Assembly: GCF_006345805.1 (NCBI RefSeq)
Contig: NC_042999.1
Span: 131,130,001-131,194,000, forward strand
Reading direction: 5' to 3'
DNA length: 64,000 nucleotides
From: Octopus sinensis
Lineage: Eukaryota
Positions 14,791-27,947 of this stretch are shown here, in pieces. A program made the position numbers and the translations under genes. Each line of letters starts with the position of its first letter. Within the stretch, counting starts at the first letter, position 1. The notes below the pieces were generated by a model. It saw only the letters and a list, made by a program, of their open reading frames with translations, was not told the DNA's origin and did no database searches.

Positions 14791-16309
14791 AATAATTATT
14801 TATCATCAATTTGCTATAGCTCCAATTTATTATATATTATTTTTCTCTATAGGTCAAAATTATGCTACATCAACCATATATGAAACATGATTCTTGTTCA
14901 TTAACTCAATGTCATAGTAAATAATATTTTCTGTGACACCCATCAGTCATTATTGTGCTGTCATGAATTCATTATTGTGCTATAGTTGAAAACAGCAAGT
15001 GCTTTTTGTAGATATATACTGCTTTTTATTATCTTATACCACTGTTAATCTAGTGTTAAATAATTTAAGTTCACTGAATTCAAGCTTTAAATGAAAATAT
15101 GTGGTAACTTGCTGGAGTGAGAGTGTGCATAGTAGTTGTTATATCTGCTCCACATGTTTACCTCACTCAGTAAGTTGGGTCCTTGATATTTTTAGATTAA
15201 AAAGATGACTTATATGTCACATTTTACGATAATTCTTTTTCTTCCTAGTTTGAAATAATTCTCTTGATTTTTTTTTTCTTTCATCTATTGCGCTACTAAT
15301 TAAGTAACAAGAGTTATTTAGGAAGTCAACCTTCATTATTAGTTATTAACAGTATAAGATCTGCTCTTACTGGCATAAAATCAAAGTATGAAATCAGACA
15401 AACATTTTTACAGGGTAATGCTGGAAATGTGCAACCTGAACTTAGTTTTGTCTGACCTTTGTGAACAGACTAATTTATAAAGTGCTGAAGTAAATATTAT
15501 ACAAAGTTGAAATAGATTTGAATAGATTGGAAGTAATTTACACTTGAATTTGACTTCTCAAAGATGCCAAAGCTGTATAGTCAACAAAATGTCAGCTTCC
15601 AGAATTGTGCGTGTATGTGTATGTGACTTGTAGTTTCTATAAATGCAGTAGTTGTGTATATAGGGAGGGAGAGTAAAGTGCTTTAGATTTCCATTCTGCT
15701 ACTGATATTGGTCAAGAAAATTTAATTAGTTATATCTTTTTTAAAGATTTTTCCACTTTATTTCTGTTTTAGTTTTTTAAGTTACAAAACTAAAATGATT
15801 TCATGAGCTTAATAAAGCAGATAAGGAAGAATTTGAATTAAAATAAAAAAATAATAAAGGACAAATTATTTTTATTCATTTGAACCCAAATTCAAATTTC
15901 AATTTCTAAATTTAAAAAATCTATTTTTTAATACCCCTCCCTCTCCCCCTCTCTCTTTTTCTTTCCTGCACACATGCACATACACACACACACAGAACTA
16001 AGCTCATCTCACAGTGCCAAACATTTTATTGTTAAAATTCCTTGGAATAATTCTTTTTTGTCAAGTTGAAATCCACCCCCTCTCTTTTTATAAATAAATT
16101 AATTTAGGAATTAATAAATAAGATAATTTGAGTTTCCATCCATAATTTGCATTGTTTTTCAAATCTCATTGGGACTTGTTGTAGTTGAAAATACCCTGAC
16201 TAATTTAAAACATCCTGAATTATAGCATATGTTATTTAGTAATTGTTTATTATACGATGAATTAATTGTTTGACCCCTCTCTGTTGTCAAGTTGCACTAC
16301 TTATTTTTC

Positions 16310-16431
16310 ATTTTAAGCCTGGGACTTATTCTATTGTTCTCCTTTGCTGTGTCACTAAGTTATGGGGACATAAACAAACCAACACCGGTTGTCAAGTGAC
16401 TTTGGGGGACAAACACACACTAACATAGATC

Positions 16432-16470
<39 letters not shown>

Positions 16471-17075
16471 GAGGACAGCTGCATAAAGAAGTGCCAAGTT
16501 CTAGTTGCTGAGGATACCTGTGGAAGGAGTAGACCCAGGAAGATGTGGGACAACATTGTGAGAAAGGATCCTCGGATGCTGAGCCTCACTGGAAATGACA
16601 AGGGACCTGGAGATGTGGCAATTTGCTGTACTTGATAAGACAAGCTAAGTAAAATCATTGTTGTCTTCCACATATACAGGCTTGTCCTTCCAGGTGCCAC
16701 ATAGAAAGCACATGTGCTAGTGCTGCATAAATGCCCCCACACCAGTGGCATGTGAAAAGCACTCAGCACACTGTTAATTAATTAGTTGGCATTAGGAAGG
16801 GCATCCAGCTGTAGTAACCACGCCACAACAGACAATTGGAATCTAGACAGCTTCATGCCAAACTATCCAGCCCATGCCAGCATGGAAGGTGGACATTAAA
16901 CAATGATGGTGATATATATGATAGGCAGCTTACAGTTTCCATCTACCAAATCTACTCACAAAGCTTTGGTTGGTCCAAAGCAATAGTACAAGCTACTTGT
17001 CCAGAGTGTCTTTTAGTTAGACTAAACCTGGAACTATGTGACTGAGAAACAAACTTCTTACCACACAGCCACACC
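16310..17075 (-). mobile_element. tRNA-derived SINE with a nested RTE 3' fragment in its microsatellite tract
   Basis: SINE head (cttaccacacagccacacc) ends near 17075 and SINE tail lies near 16310-16420. An opposite-strand RTE tail occupies about 16470-16915. Confidence 0.65.
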
Positions 17076-17157
17076 TGTAAAAATTGTTTTTATTTTGTTT
17101 ATCAGAATATTGATAGTAGTTTATTCATGGTATTTACACTTTCTAATTCTATTTCAG

Positions 17158-17300
17158 ATTGGAGTGATGTCTTTCACCATTGCACCTATACGGATCCTCA
17201 TTGCAGGAATTCTTTTGATGCTTGCTTGGAGTTTGGCTTCTTTGTCTCTTCTTTTTCAAACTGAAATAGAAAGACAGAAACCTCTCATAGGATGGAGAAA
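17158..17300 (+). CDS. LPCAT: LPCAT1/2-like acyltransferase, internal coding exon (provisional exon 2; N-terminal membrane segment)
   Basis: Acceptor ttctatttcag|ATT and donor AGAAA|gtaagt; 143 nt, phase 0 to 2. Encodes IGVMSFTIAPIRILIAGILLMLAWSLASLSLLFQTEIERQKPLIGWR, matching the LPCAT pattern P.R.L...LLAW...P...WR. Confidence 0.9.
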
Positions 17301-20300
17301 GTAAGTTTGGGAAGAATTTATTAAATATATGAATCACTTAGAATGTTTTATTCTAGTATAAATTTTAATTTCAAGGATGATGAGTTTAACTGACATAGGC
17401 ACACTGTTAATGCTTAATCTATTTAGTGCTTATTTTATTAGTTATAGCTATTATTAAAGATGTTCATTTTTGTTATAGCTATTTTACACATATATCTCCT
17501 TGACTCAATTATATTAAACTTCAGATTCCTTCTGTAGTTCTTTGATTCTTTAATGAGAACCAGATCATTTGCATTTAAAAGTTCCCATAGAATTCAGTTC
17601 ATTCTCTTCCATTATGTTGAAAAACAGTTCTAATAAATATCTGTCAAAATATCATAGTGTAGAATATATTGTTACCCTAGTCAAAATTGATATGATCTGT
17701 TTACTTGTACTAATTAGCTATATCTTGTGTTTTGTCTTTCTGGCTTTAGTTTTAAAGTTTGAAAAGTTACATATGGCTTCTGTTGTCTACATTAAGAATG
17801 ATGAGTGTAGAAAATACAGAAATTTGGAGCATAAAACAATATAATTCATTCAATAATGATTGACTCCCAACTCTGTTTAGATTTGTATGATGCATATATT
17901 AGAAATGTGGACTTATAAAGCTTTGAAATACCAACAAAAAATGAAGTAGGCCAGGATGTTTGCTAGAAAAGTTCTCATATATAAAACATTACCACTTGAA
18001 CTTATTTCTTCATGGTGTCAGGCGAATAAAACAGCCTAAAATGAAATTGAAAATATTTTCATCAAACACCAATTTTATAATTAATAACTTAATTTTAGGA
18101 CAGGACTTCAATATTTCTGATTATATCCAAGGAAACCGTACTTGATATCTGTGCTTAGATCTGTTGTGATTTGGTTGATTTGTGTTCAATACAGTAGTTT
18201 TTATTTTTGTTTATGACATCTTGTTGTTAATGCTGGTCATTCATGTCGTGTAACAGTAGTGTTAATTTGTAAGGAGAGTGGGTAAGCTTTCAGTGAGATC
18301 AGTAAAGACATAAATGTTATAACTTAGCATTTCTTTTCTTCAAAAGTTTTAATCTGAGTAATCCTTAGCCTGTCATCAAAACTCTAGTTTGTTTTGTCAT
18401 AAGACAATATTAACTAGGTACTTTAGAGATATTTAATCTTGAACTTTGAGTTTGCTACAGGAATCAGAAGGAAGAGAGCTAAGAGCAGAACATTGTTGTA
18501 TAATAATTCTGCTTTAATGTTCATTGAGCTTACTGCTTAGCACTATTTTAAGCTTTTTTCATGCATTGAACAAACCAGTCCTTCATATCTAACTCATTGC
18601 TTGGATGACATCAAAAAGCAAAAAACATTCCCCAATGTTACATCAAAAATATAACATCTAGGTGCATAATCAAACTGTATCTTGTTCAACTTTGCTATGG
18701 CCTTTTCTGTTCTGTTAGTTATCATGGATAATTTTTTTCCTACACAATCTGATTAACTAAGTTTTTGCTTGATGTGGCAAGAACTCATCCTGGCATTTTC
18801 ATCATCTCAGTTATTCCTGATCAGGGATTCGATAATTGTTCAATGTTGAAATGGAATCATAGTTAATAAGTGAATAATTTGCTTTCATCTAGAAATAACA
18901 TCAAGCATCATTTTAAAGTAGCAATATTAGATGTACAGTATTATAGTTCTTTTATTCTTTTTGGATTGTGTAGGTAAGACATGAACACTTTTCTACTTAA
19001 GCACCATTTCTTGCTTTGTAATCTCTCAAAGTGGCATTTCCATACCTGGTTGCTAATTTGCATTCAGTTGCTGTGTCATTTATTATATATGAGTTTCTAT
19101 TTGTTAGTCCATTTGCTAATTCTGTTTAGAAGCTGACACTGACAAAGGAATCTTTCATTTTCTACTCATTCCTTTTAGACAAGTTTCCTTTTGAACCTTA
19201 ATCCGGAATATAATGCAGACTACTTTGATATAAATATGTTTCAAAGAGCTAATCTTCATTTGTAGGTTTTATAAGACTTAAAAAGGAAATTACTCAACAC
19301 ATATCTGTATAGTGTTGAAATATTAAGAACTTGCCTACTCTCTTACAATATCATGATTCACAAACTATGTCAGCTTATTTTTTCATTAATTACTTTAATT
19401 TGACACAGAAACAGATGTGGTTTATAAGCAAGTATATGTTTCTCAAAAAACATTTAACAAATACAATTTCAGTATTGTTTTGGTTATATCACATACTAAT
19501 GAACTCGGCAGTCTTACCTAAATTTTTCTTCATTTATCTGTTCTTTAAATGTCTTACTTCAGTTAACATCAAAGCTTTTGCTATTTTTAATCTTACTGTA
19601 ATAATATCATTAATTTCTAATATTTATACAAAGCCACAAAATTTGTATGAGGGGTATAGTTGACTTAAATAAGCCCATTATTTCTCCAACCATGGAAGAA
19701 TAAAAAGGTAAAGTTGTTAGTAGTTGGATTTTAATTTTGAATGTAAAGGGATGTAACTAAAAACTATATAACCATTTTTTGCCACTTGCTGTCTTTATCA
19801 TGATAATATTGTCAATTATAAAGTAAGTAGGCTATCTCACAGTTATTTAACTAATATTCTTTACTACCTTTGCTACTACTCTTCAAAAGTTTACAATTCT
19901 AATATTCAGAATTATGCCAAGCAGTACTAATATCAAGGCAATTCAGATTACATTTTATGTTTTTTCTGGGTTTATTTGGATTGTTCTTGAGTGGAAATGA
20001 CATCCGCCTCCAAGATTTAGCACCAGTTTTTTGATAATTTGTTTACTGCTGGTTACCAAATTGACATAACCTTCTCCAGTTGATGACCTCCTTGACACCA
20101 GAGAGACCAAACTGGCTCCTTTGCAGAAGTAAAGCTTTCTGATCCAGCATTTTTCTGAGTGATTCTGTCTAGGCAAGGTCATATATATCTTATATTCATG
20201 GATCAAGTTTTACTACAAGAGAGTAACTTATTGTGAAATTTAACTGAGAAATAGGTCATGAAATTACTTTCAATGCAACCAGACTATGTGTGTGCTGTTG

Positions 20301-21704
20301 TTTAAATGAACACTGAGAAACTCAATCAGATCACTATATAAGAATAGTCATCAACCTTTGTTTGAGTCGTTATTTTCTAAACACAAAGCAAATCTTGAGA
20401 GAAGATACTTTGTTACTTTTCAATGCAATTTGGATTCAGAATTGCATAATAGCAAATTATATAAATTATACTTTGTGAAACATCTAATTTAGATTTTGTG
20501 GTCTATTTACATTTTTTCCTAGGCAGACATTTTAATATAATCATTAAAAGAGCTTTTACTTATTAGACACATTATCACAACATGGCGATATTGTATTAAA
20601 TGTATTCTGTTTTCTGTACAGTGACTTTATTTTCCTAATCTTAATCAATACAACATTCTGACAAATCCAATATTCAATGTTTAAACAAAAAAAAAAAAAT
20701 GAGTGTTTTAATAGATTGCCTCTGAAATGACCCAAACTGGATGATGTCTGTTATAATGAGGTTTGATTAAAGCAACCCTCCTTCTAATTCTCTAGTCCAG
20801 TCCTTTGTCTACATGTGAGAGCTATCCATCAACATAAAGCTTATGTGATTAAAAAATTTAGTTTATTCATTCTTTTTTTTGGGGTTTTTTTTCACTCTAC
20901 TATTGCTGTTTTTCTCTTCAAACCGAAAAGTTATGCATTATTTTCAAGAGGTTCTTATGATTTAGTCAAAGGCTTAATTCTTTTTTAATTATTGCTACAG
21001 AGCCTTTTTCCTTGAATAGGTTCTTACAAATTAGTTCAATACTTAATGCCTTCTTTATAGCTATACTTATAGATCATGCTCCCCACCACCATCACCAAAC
21101 ACACACACACACACACGCGCTTTGTTTAAACAGTATTTTATTGTTTTAAATGCATTTTCATGATTATATTTTTGAATGTCTGACTAGGAAGTGTTTTTTT
21201 TCTTGGTTGCCTCAAATATCAATGAATGCTAACTCGGTTATTGAGGGATGTCAGATACAATATCTGTAAGTGTATTTAAGAATAGATTATTAACACAATA
21301 TCTACTAATTGGACCTATTGTAAATATGATCTAGCCTCTTTAATCTTATTTTCAGTGAGGCTTTCTGTCACCTAATTATTCTCTTCTTACATACTTTCTC
21401 TGTTTCAATTCCTTCATTATGTTATTACTTGTTTTATTAGTTATGATTTTGTTTTACAGTGTTCCTGAAACTCATTTATCCACAAAGACTCATTTGACCA
21501 TTTAAAAAAAAATTTGACAGTGAGACAGCTGAAATTGCATCTCACTGAAATTTTATTTAGCTAACATCTTACGTTATCTACACAGGATACAAAAGTAAAA
21601 CATTTCCTTCATTTTATTCACTTTTCTGGAAGAGGATCCTTAGGATATATATATTCTTTGATTATTTTATTCTTTTACTTGTTTCAGCCATGCAGCCATG
21701 CCTG

Positions 21705-22660
21705 GGGCACCACCATGTTCGTTCTGACTTCCTCAGTCTGGGTGTTTCACATCACCACTCCATTTTCCCATCTGTTGGTACATCATTTGGTGTATAATTG
21801 AGTTTGATTCTGCTGCCCTTTTCTATATCTCATGTCGGGTTGTTGGTTCATCCGGCATTGTGGAGAGGAGGATGTCCAGTTTCCTTTTGAAGACATCCAC
21901 CTCACCCTATGCAAATTTCTCAAGCATTGAAGTGCTGTGGATGTTTGAAACCTAGACTACTGCAGTACGTGGTCCTGAATTTAGATGGAGTGAATGGTAC
22001 CTTTGGTACAATACAATGGCGGCCAGTTTTGGCATTTGTATAACACTCAGTGCTAAAGTTAGGTACTAGCCCATCTAGGATTTTCCGTATGTATATCATT
22101 GCATATCTGTCACACCTTTGCTCCAGGGAGTAGAGCTGTAGTTTTCTCAGCCTATCCCTATAGTTCATCCACTGCACTGTTTTAATCTTTTTAATCTTTG
22201 GACTGCTTCAAGCTCTGCTGTTAGTTTGGCACTATGTGGTAACCATTACTGGGAACAGTAGTCCAGGTGGCCGAGAACAAAGGTTCTTCACAGGGTCAAC
22301 ATAGTTTCTTGGTCTCTTGTCTTGAAGGACCTCAGTATCTATCCTGCCAGTTGTTTGCACCTTGCTGCCATCATGCTTATATGCAACAAAAATGATGCAT
22401 CATTGCACATACTGATCCCCAAATTTTTCTGTGACTCTGGGAGTGTAGTGCCTTCGGGTCCGGTAAATGTAGATGGTACAGTATTTATACTGAGTTGATA
22501 GTGCAGTGCTTCAAATATTCCAGCATCAAACTGCATGTTGTTTATTTTGACCCTCTTGTATATTCAGCTTATGTGGCGCTGTAAGCTTGAGACATCCTCT
22601 TGGTTTTTTTTATTGCCTATGAAAATTTTGTCATCGGCATAGCTTTTGACAATGGCTGTC
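21705..22660 (-). mobile_element. CR1/L2-clade LINE 3' fragment (ORF2 C-terminus, disrupted)
   Basis: Minus-strand peptides MNYRDRLRKLQLYSLEQRCDRYAMIYIRKILDGLVPN and KNLGISMCNDASF..HI are typical of the post-RT region of CR1/L2 ORF2. Confidence 0.75.
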
Positions 22661-22699
22661 CTATTTATATATATATCTGTAAATATTATATGCGACAGT

Positions 22700-23825
22700 T
22701 ATTCAGTAGACATGATAAAAATCCCGAGTTTTGGATGTTGGGGCGTAAATCCATACTGGCATCTCTACAGTTATCAAGCCATCGAAAAATGCTATGAAAA
22801 TGACCGTTAAACAAAGGGAAATTACTGTGTGAGTGACCGTTATTAAGACAAAAGAGCTATTAGAATGACCACTAAGTAAGGGGAGGGAGTAAAGGTAAGG
22901 GAGTAAAAATGTCCATAACATTTGTGTAAGTGTGCATGTCCATACATACACATGCGCACCTGCACACCCACATACATGTACCTATATGTATATACTCATT
23001 CACCCACACATTCGCCAAAATATATATACATACCCGCATACTCGCACACAAACACACGCACACAAAAAGGTTCAAACATGTTTATATACGCACCTGCACA
23101 AGAAAAAACAGGGCTAAAGCCAAAAATACAGAAAAATGTGTAAAAAATAAGCAATAAGAATAAAAAGTAAAGGAGTAAATATGCTCAAGGTGAATGCAAA
23201 TGTGTGCTAGTCCATACATACACATGCGTGCACGCACACCTACATATTCGCCAAAAATAATTTATACATACATGCTCACATGCACACGAGCACAAAAATA
23301 GCAATCAAGACAAATATGACACTATTGTACAGCTTCACTGCGTATATACTAGCAAAGACGTGTGTGTGCAACAAACATAAAAAATTTGTCTTACCTCTGG
23401 GAAGAACATTCGATAAATGGACAACCCAGAATCGGATAATGCAGGACCGGTTTCTGACTCTTCAAATACGTTTGACAACATAAATTTGATCAGTCTTCAT
23501 CAGCTGTATTTACCTAGACAATATTTCACATGTTGCCACATCAATGCCAGTATACTCACCTGAATGCCGTGCCATTAATAGAATGAGAACAATGAAAAAT
23601 AATATTGCAATACAAATGTATTACTTTCCAGTAAAATAAAGCCTCATAAGGGTAGAAGTATACATATAAAAAGAGATGAGTAGTGCAACAAGGCACCAAT
23701 ATTTACTGGAAAATAGCAATCGATACAAATATGACACTATTGTAAAGCTTCACTTCGTATGTACTAGTAAAGACGTGTGTGTGCAACAAACATGAAATAT
23801 TTGTCTTACCTCAAGGAAGAACATT
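22700..23825 (-). mobile_element. Unclassified element with internal direct repeats and a hammerhead-like motif (possibly a Penelope-like pseudo-LTR)
   Basis: Direct repeat 23295-23410 vs 23710-23825; a second repeat pair near 22890-23020 vs 23165-23270; hammerhead core at 23442-23506. Confidence 0.4.
23442..23506 (-). ncRNA. Putative minimal type I hammerhead ribozyme
   Basis: Minus strand: CAG-CUGAUGA-a-GACU..(UCAAAU/AUUUGA)..AGUC-a-GAAA-CCGG-UC-CUG. Intact core boxes, palindromic ACCGGU helix III and GUC cleavage triplet; A.A mismatch at the base of helix II. Confidence 0.55.
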
Positions 23826-24269
23826 ATATATATATTATATTATATTATACTATATTATATCATATTATCTCTCTCTATATATATAAAACTGAGAATGTCT
23901 GTCTGTTTCCCTAAAACTTGAGAACTATACAACCAATTTCATTCAAATTTTACACATGCCTTACTTAAGGTCCGGGGAGTGTCATCGGCAAAAAAATCTT
24001 AACTGTTTCCCTAGGGCGACCCCACAGCAATATCATATCTTCACTGTTTCAGTATTACGTGTTAAAAGTGAAACAAAAACATCTCTCTTCTGTAATGCAG
24101 ACACTTTCACTTTATTACTGAAACTATTAAAGTGAAAGTATTATATAACAGGGATGAACCATTAACAATGGTCATCCATTTTGCTAGAAGAAGATCCGCT
24201 ATGGTCTTATATGCTACACCACTGGTTTTCAATTCATATTAATCAAATTAATATTCAATTTTTCACCCT

Positions 24270-24309
<40 letters not shown>

Positions 24310-24907
24310 TGTGTGTATTAGCAATTCGTATAAAATTGCATCAATGACTTGAACTTGAATAAGTGGTTTCACGTAAATGGGGATAAATTAAAAAGGTTTG
24401 TTATTATTATTACTGTTTGGCTATTGTAATCACGTTTGTTGGTTCCTCGTCAGGGAAACGTTGTTGTGTTGCATTTGTTAAATAATTGTAAACCGTAACC
24501 CTCCCCCTTTCAGAGAAGGGGCTTTGGTTATTGTTTAAAAATTAAATTGTGTCCCTGTTTGGGGAAATTGACAATATTTTCACCGTCTTTATGGAAGCAT
24601 TTTTGTTTAAATGCCTTCGATAGAAGAAAGTCCAAAAATGAATTTCGCTGCAGCCGTACACTTCTATACAAGAGGGAGGACAAGATCCAATTGATTGAAA
24701 TTGCAAGAGACGGGCCTACAATTCCAGTCTGTTATATATTTTGAGTATTGTTATCACTAGCGATATCAAGATATAACTTTGTGTTTTGTATTTTATGTGT
24801 AGATGTATATATATAGATGTACATGTAATATGTACACATATATATATACACATATATACATGCATAATATATCTACCCATACACACATACGCACACACAC
24901 ATACATA

Positions 24908-25045
24908 GGGGCAGGTGTGGCTGTGTGGTAACAAACTATGTTCCAAACACATGGTCCTGGGTTCAGTCCCACTGTGTGGTGACTTGGCATGTGTCTTCTG
25001 CTGTAGCTTCAGACCAACAAAAGCCTTCTCAGTGGATTTTGTACA
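24908..25045 (+). mobile_element. 5' part of a tRNA-derived SINE inside the Helitron
   Basis: gtggctgtgtggtaac...gggttcagtcccactg...; same family as 39670 and 47018. Confidence 0.75.
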
Positions 25046-25149
25046 TATATACAGGCATACATACATATATATACTTGCATACGTACATATTCGGCATAAA
25101 CACTCTACCACTACAACTAATAACTGTTGGGAACACTTTCAAACCTGCC

Positions 25150-26951
25150 TTACATTCGAACCGGAATCTCAACGCCCGAGTTTTCCATCTGAAGTTAATC
25201 TCTTTCATAGAGCTCATACAAAAAGGGCAAGTCTTTGGGCCCATACAATGTGACATGTACACAATCGAGTGGCAAAAAAGTGGCCTTCCACATGCTCATA
25301 TCCTGCTTTGGCTCTCAGCGAAGATCAATTCCAATGACATCGACAAGATAATCTCTGCAGAGCTTCCTGATCCAGCTTTAGACAAAGAACTATACGAAAT
25401 AGTTAAAGCAAACATGGTACATGGTCCACGTGGGCGTGGATTCAACATAAACACACCATGCTTGAAGGACAGCATATGTTCAAAAAGATTTCCAAGGAGG
25501 TTCCTACAAGAAACTCAGACAGGTGCTGATGGGTATCCATCATACAGACGCAGAAAACCAGAAGACGGAGGTTTCACAGCAACTATCGGACAGCACGATG
25601 TTGATAATAGATGGCTTGTTCCATACTGCCCACTCCTGTCAAAGACTTTCAATGCCCACATCAATGTTGAGTTTTGCAACTCTGTTAAATCTATCAAGTA
25701 CGTTTGCAAATATGTAAACAAGGGTTCTGACGCTGCAATGTTTGGACTTCAACAAGAATACTGCCAGGATGAGGTGACGCATTATCAGGTGGGACGGTAC
25801 ATAAGTAGCAACGAGGCTTTCTGGCGCATCTTTGGCTTTCCAATTCACCGACACCCCGCCATTCAACAGCTTGTAGTGCACCTGGAAAATGGTCAAAGAG
25901 TGTACTTCACCGATGCTAATGCTTCTCTGTTGGCAGAGGAACCAAGGGATAGCACACTCACTGCATTCTTCAAGCTTTGTCAAGTGGATTCATTCGCTCA
26001 AACCTTGCTGTATCCACAGATTCCAACGTACTACACTTGGAATGGAAAAAAAATGGGCCCCACGGAAAGCAGGCCAAAATGTTCATGGATACCCTGGCAT
26101 TAAGTTTCACACTTGCCTTGGGCAAGTATACACAATGCATCCCACTCAACAAGAGTGCTTCTTACCTTCGTCTACTACTGCATGAGGTCAGAGGGCCAAT
26201 GTCTTTCCAGGCCCTAAAAACTCTCGGTACTGCAGGACAAATGGAAGTGTGGTCATTTTCCTCTATTGTTAATTCTGTAGATGATCTCAAAAACAAAGTC
26301 TTTCCCAACATCACACAAAACTACCAAAATCACAATTGGCTGTGTGAAAGAGCATTATTAGCTAAAAAAAACGTCGCTGTTAACAAAATTAATCAACAGC
26401 TAATGCATTCTCTTCTCGGCACTATACACACTTACAAGTCTGTTGATACAATTCCAGATATAAATGAAGTTGTGAACTATCCTCCTGAATTTCTCAATTC
26501 ACTGGAGCCTCCTGGACTACCTCCACACATATTAGCACTTACAGTTGGAACTCCTGTAATGCTACTCCGCAATCTGGAACCACCAAGACTTTGCAATGGA
26601 ACACGACTGGTGATAAAGAAAATGATGTCACACGTTATCAAGGCGATCATTCTTTCTGGGTGTGGAAAAGGTGATGACGTCTTTATTCCAAGATTTCCTC
26701 TTACTCCATCAGGAGCAGAAATTTCATTTACATTCAGAAGACTGCAATTCCCCCTTCGTGTCAGCTTTGCCATGTCCATTAACAAATCTCATGGTCAAAC
26801 CCTCTCTGTAGCTGGTCTTCTCTTGGAAGAGCCCTGCTTCTCGCATGGGCAACTGTATGTTGGCTGCTCAAGAGTAGGAACCAAAAGAAACCTTTTTGTG
26901 TATGCTCCACAAGGAAAAACAAGGAACATTGTTTACAACGAGGTGTTATAA
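25150..26951 (+). pseudogene. Helitron RepHel remnant (HUH Rep plus Pif1-family helicase C-terminus), frameshifted and deleted
   Basis: Rep motif 2 IEWQKSGLPHAHILLW and motif 3 KYVCKYVNKG. Helicase motifs PVMLLRNL..PRLCNGTRL, RLQFPLRVSFAMSINKSHGQTL and FSHGQLYVGCSRV. Frameshifts near 26050-26160; Walker A and B are absent. Confidence 0.92.
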
Positions 26952-27149
26952 TCTCAACAGCCAGGAGGTATATACATGATCCCCCTTTTTTTAACAAACT
27001 TCATATACTTTCATGTATTTATATTAATATACATATGTGTGTGTGTGTATCCATATATATATATATATATAACAGAAAAGTCTAATTCTTCAATTGAATG
27101 TAACCGGCCAATTGAATGTATCTCTGCTAGTATTATATATATATATAAT

Positions 27150-27907
27150 GTTGGACATATGAAGCATTGGATGTCGCATGTGAGAGAGACATCTGCGCTG
27201 GTATGGTCATGTACTATTGATGGATGAGGAGAGCTGTGTGAAGAAGTGCCACTCTCAAGCAGTGGAAGGAACCTGTATTAGATGGAGACCCAGAAAGACA
27301 TTGGATGATGTGGTGAAGCATGACCTTTGAACGTTGGGCTTCACAGAGGCAATGATAAAAAACCAAGACCTCTGGAGATATGCTATGAATGAGAAGACCC
27401 GCCAAAGAATGTGAGATCTCAGCTGTAGCTTACATCAGTGTCAGATAACCAGCCCACTGAAAAAAGTACCTTTGGATCGTAAGGTGACATGCTATGCTTG
27501 AGGAGGCCTATTTAGTCAAGTACATCAGCATCAAAATCAAATCAAACCATAATCAAATGGAAATTGTAGCTTTGGCTGATGCCAGCGCCACCTCTGTAAC
27601 TCCTCATGCCAGTGGCATATAAAAAGCACCATCTGAACATGGCCAATGCCAACCCCTACTTAACTGGTTCTCATTCCATTGGCACTTAAAAGCACCATCT
27701 AAACGTGGTCGATGCCAGCACAGACTGGCCCCTGTGTCGGTGACATGTAAAAAGCACTCAGTACACTCTCAGAATGGTTGGCGTTAGGAAGGGCATTTAG
27801 CTGTAGAAACACTGCCAGATCAGACTGGAGCCTGGTGCATCCTCCTGGCTTCCCAGACCCCGATCGAACTGTCCAACCCATGTCAGCATGGAAAACACAT
27901 TAAACGA

Positions 27908-27910
<3 letters not shown>
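27150..27910 (+). mobile_element. RTE-clade LINE 3' end
   Basis: ctgcgctggtatggtcatgta (LRWYGHV) ... agacccagaaagacattgg (RPRKT); 3' UTR ends in the (GAT)/(TA)n tail. Confidence 0.75.

Positions 27911-27935
<25 letters not shown>

Positions 27936-27947
<12 letters not shown>

Larger units (their letters stand above)
23868..27130 (+). mobile_element. Helitron, internally deleted, both termini apparent
   Basis: 5' A|TC followed by TATATATAAAACTGAGAATGTCTGTCTG; 3' ...TCTCTGCTAG|T; contains Rep and Pif1-helicase remnants. Confidence 0.85.

Noticed and set aside
1-17157. Possible first coding exon of LPCAT or another gene
   Set aside because: No ORF or splice-bounded segment resembled the LPCAT N-terminus or any recognisable protein. 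The first exon is probably upstream of the window, though a short exon could have been missed.
24925-25150. N-terminus of the 392-aa ORF as real Rep sequence
   Set aside because: It translates SINE and TA-rich microsatellite sequence. Rep similarity begins only near 25150.
27560-27760. Short repeated units (gcca..ggca..taaaaagcac) resembling a CRISPR array
   Set aside because: These are degenerate tandem subrepeats in an RTE 3' UTR. The context is eukaryotic, with no regular repeat-spacer pattern and no cas genes.
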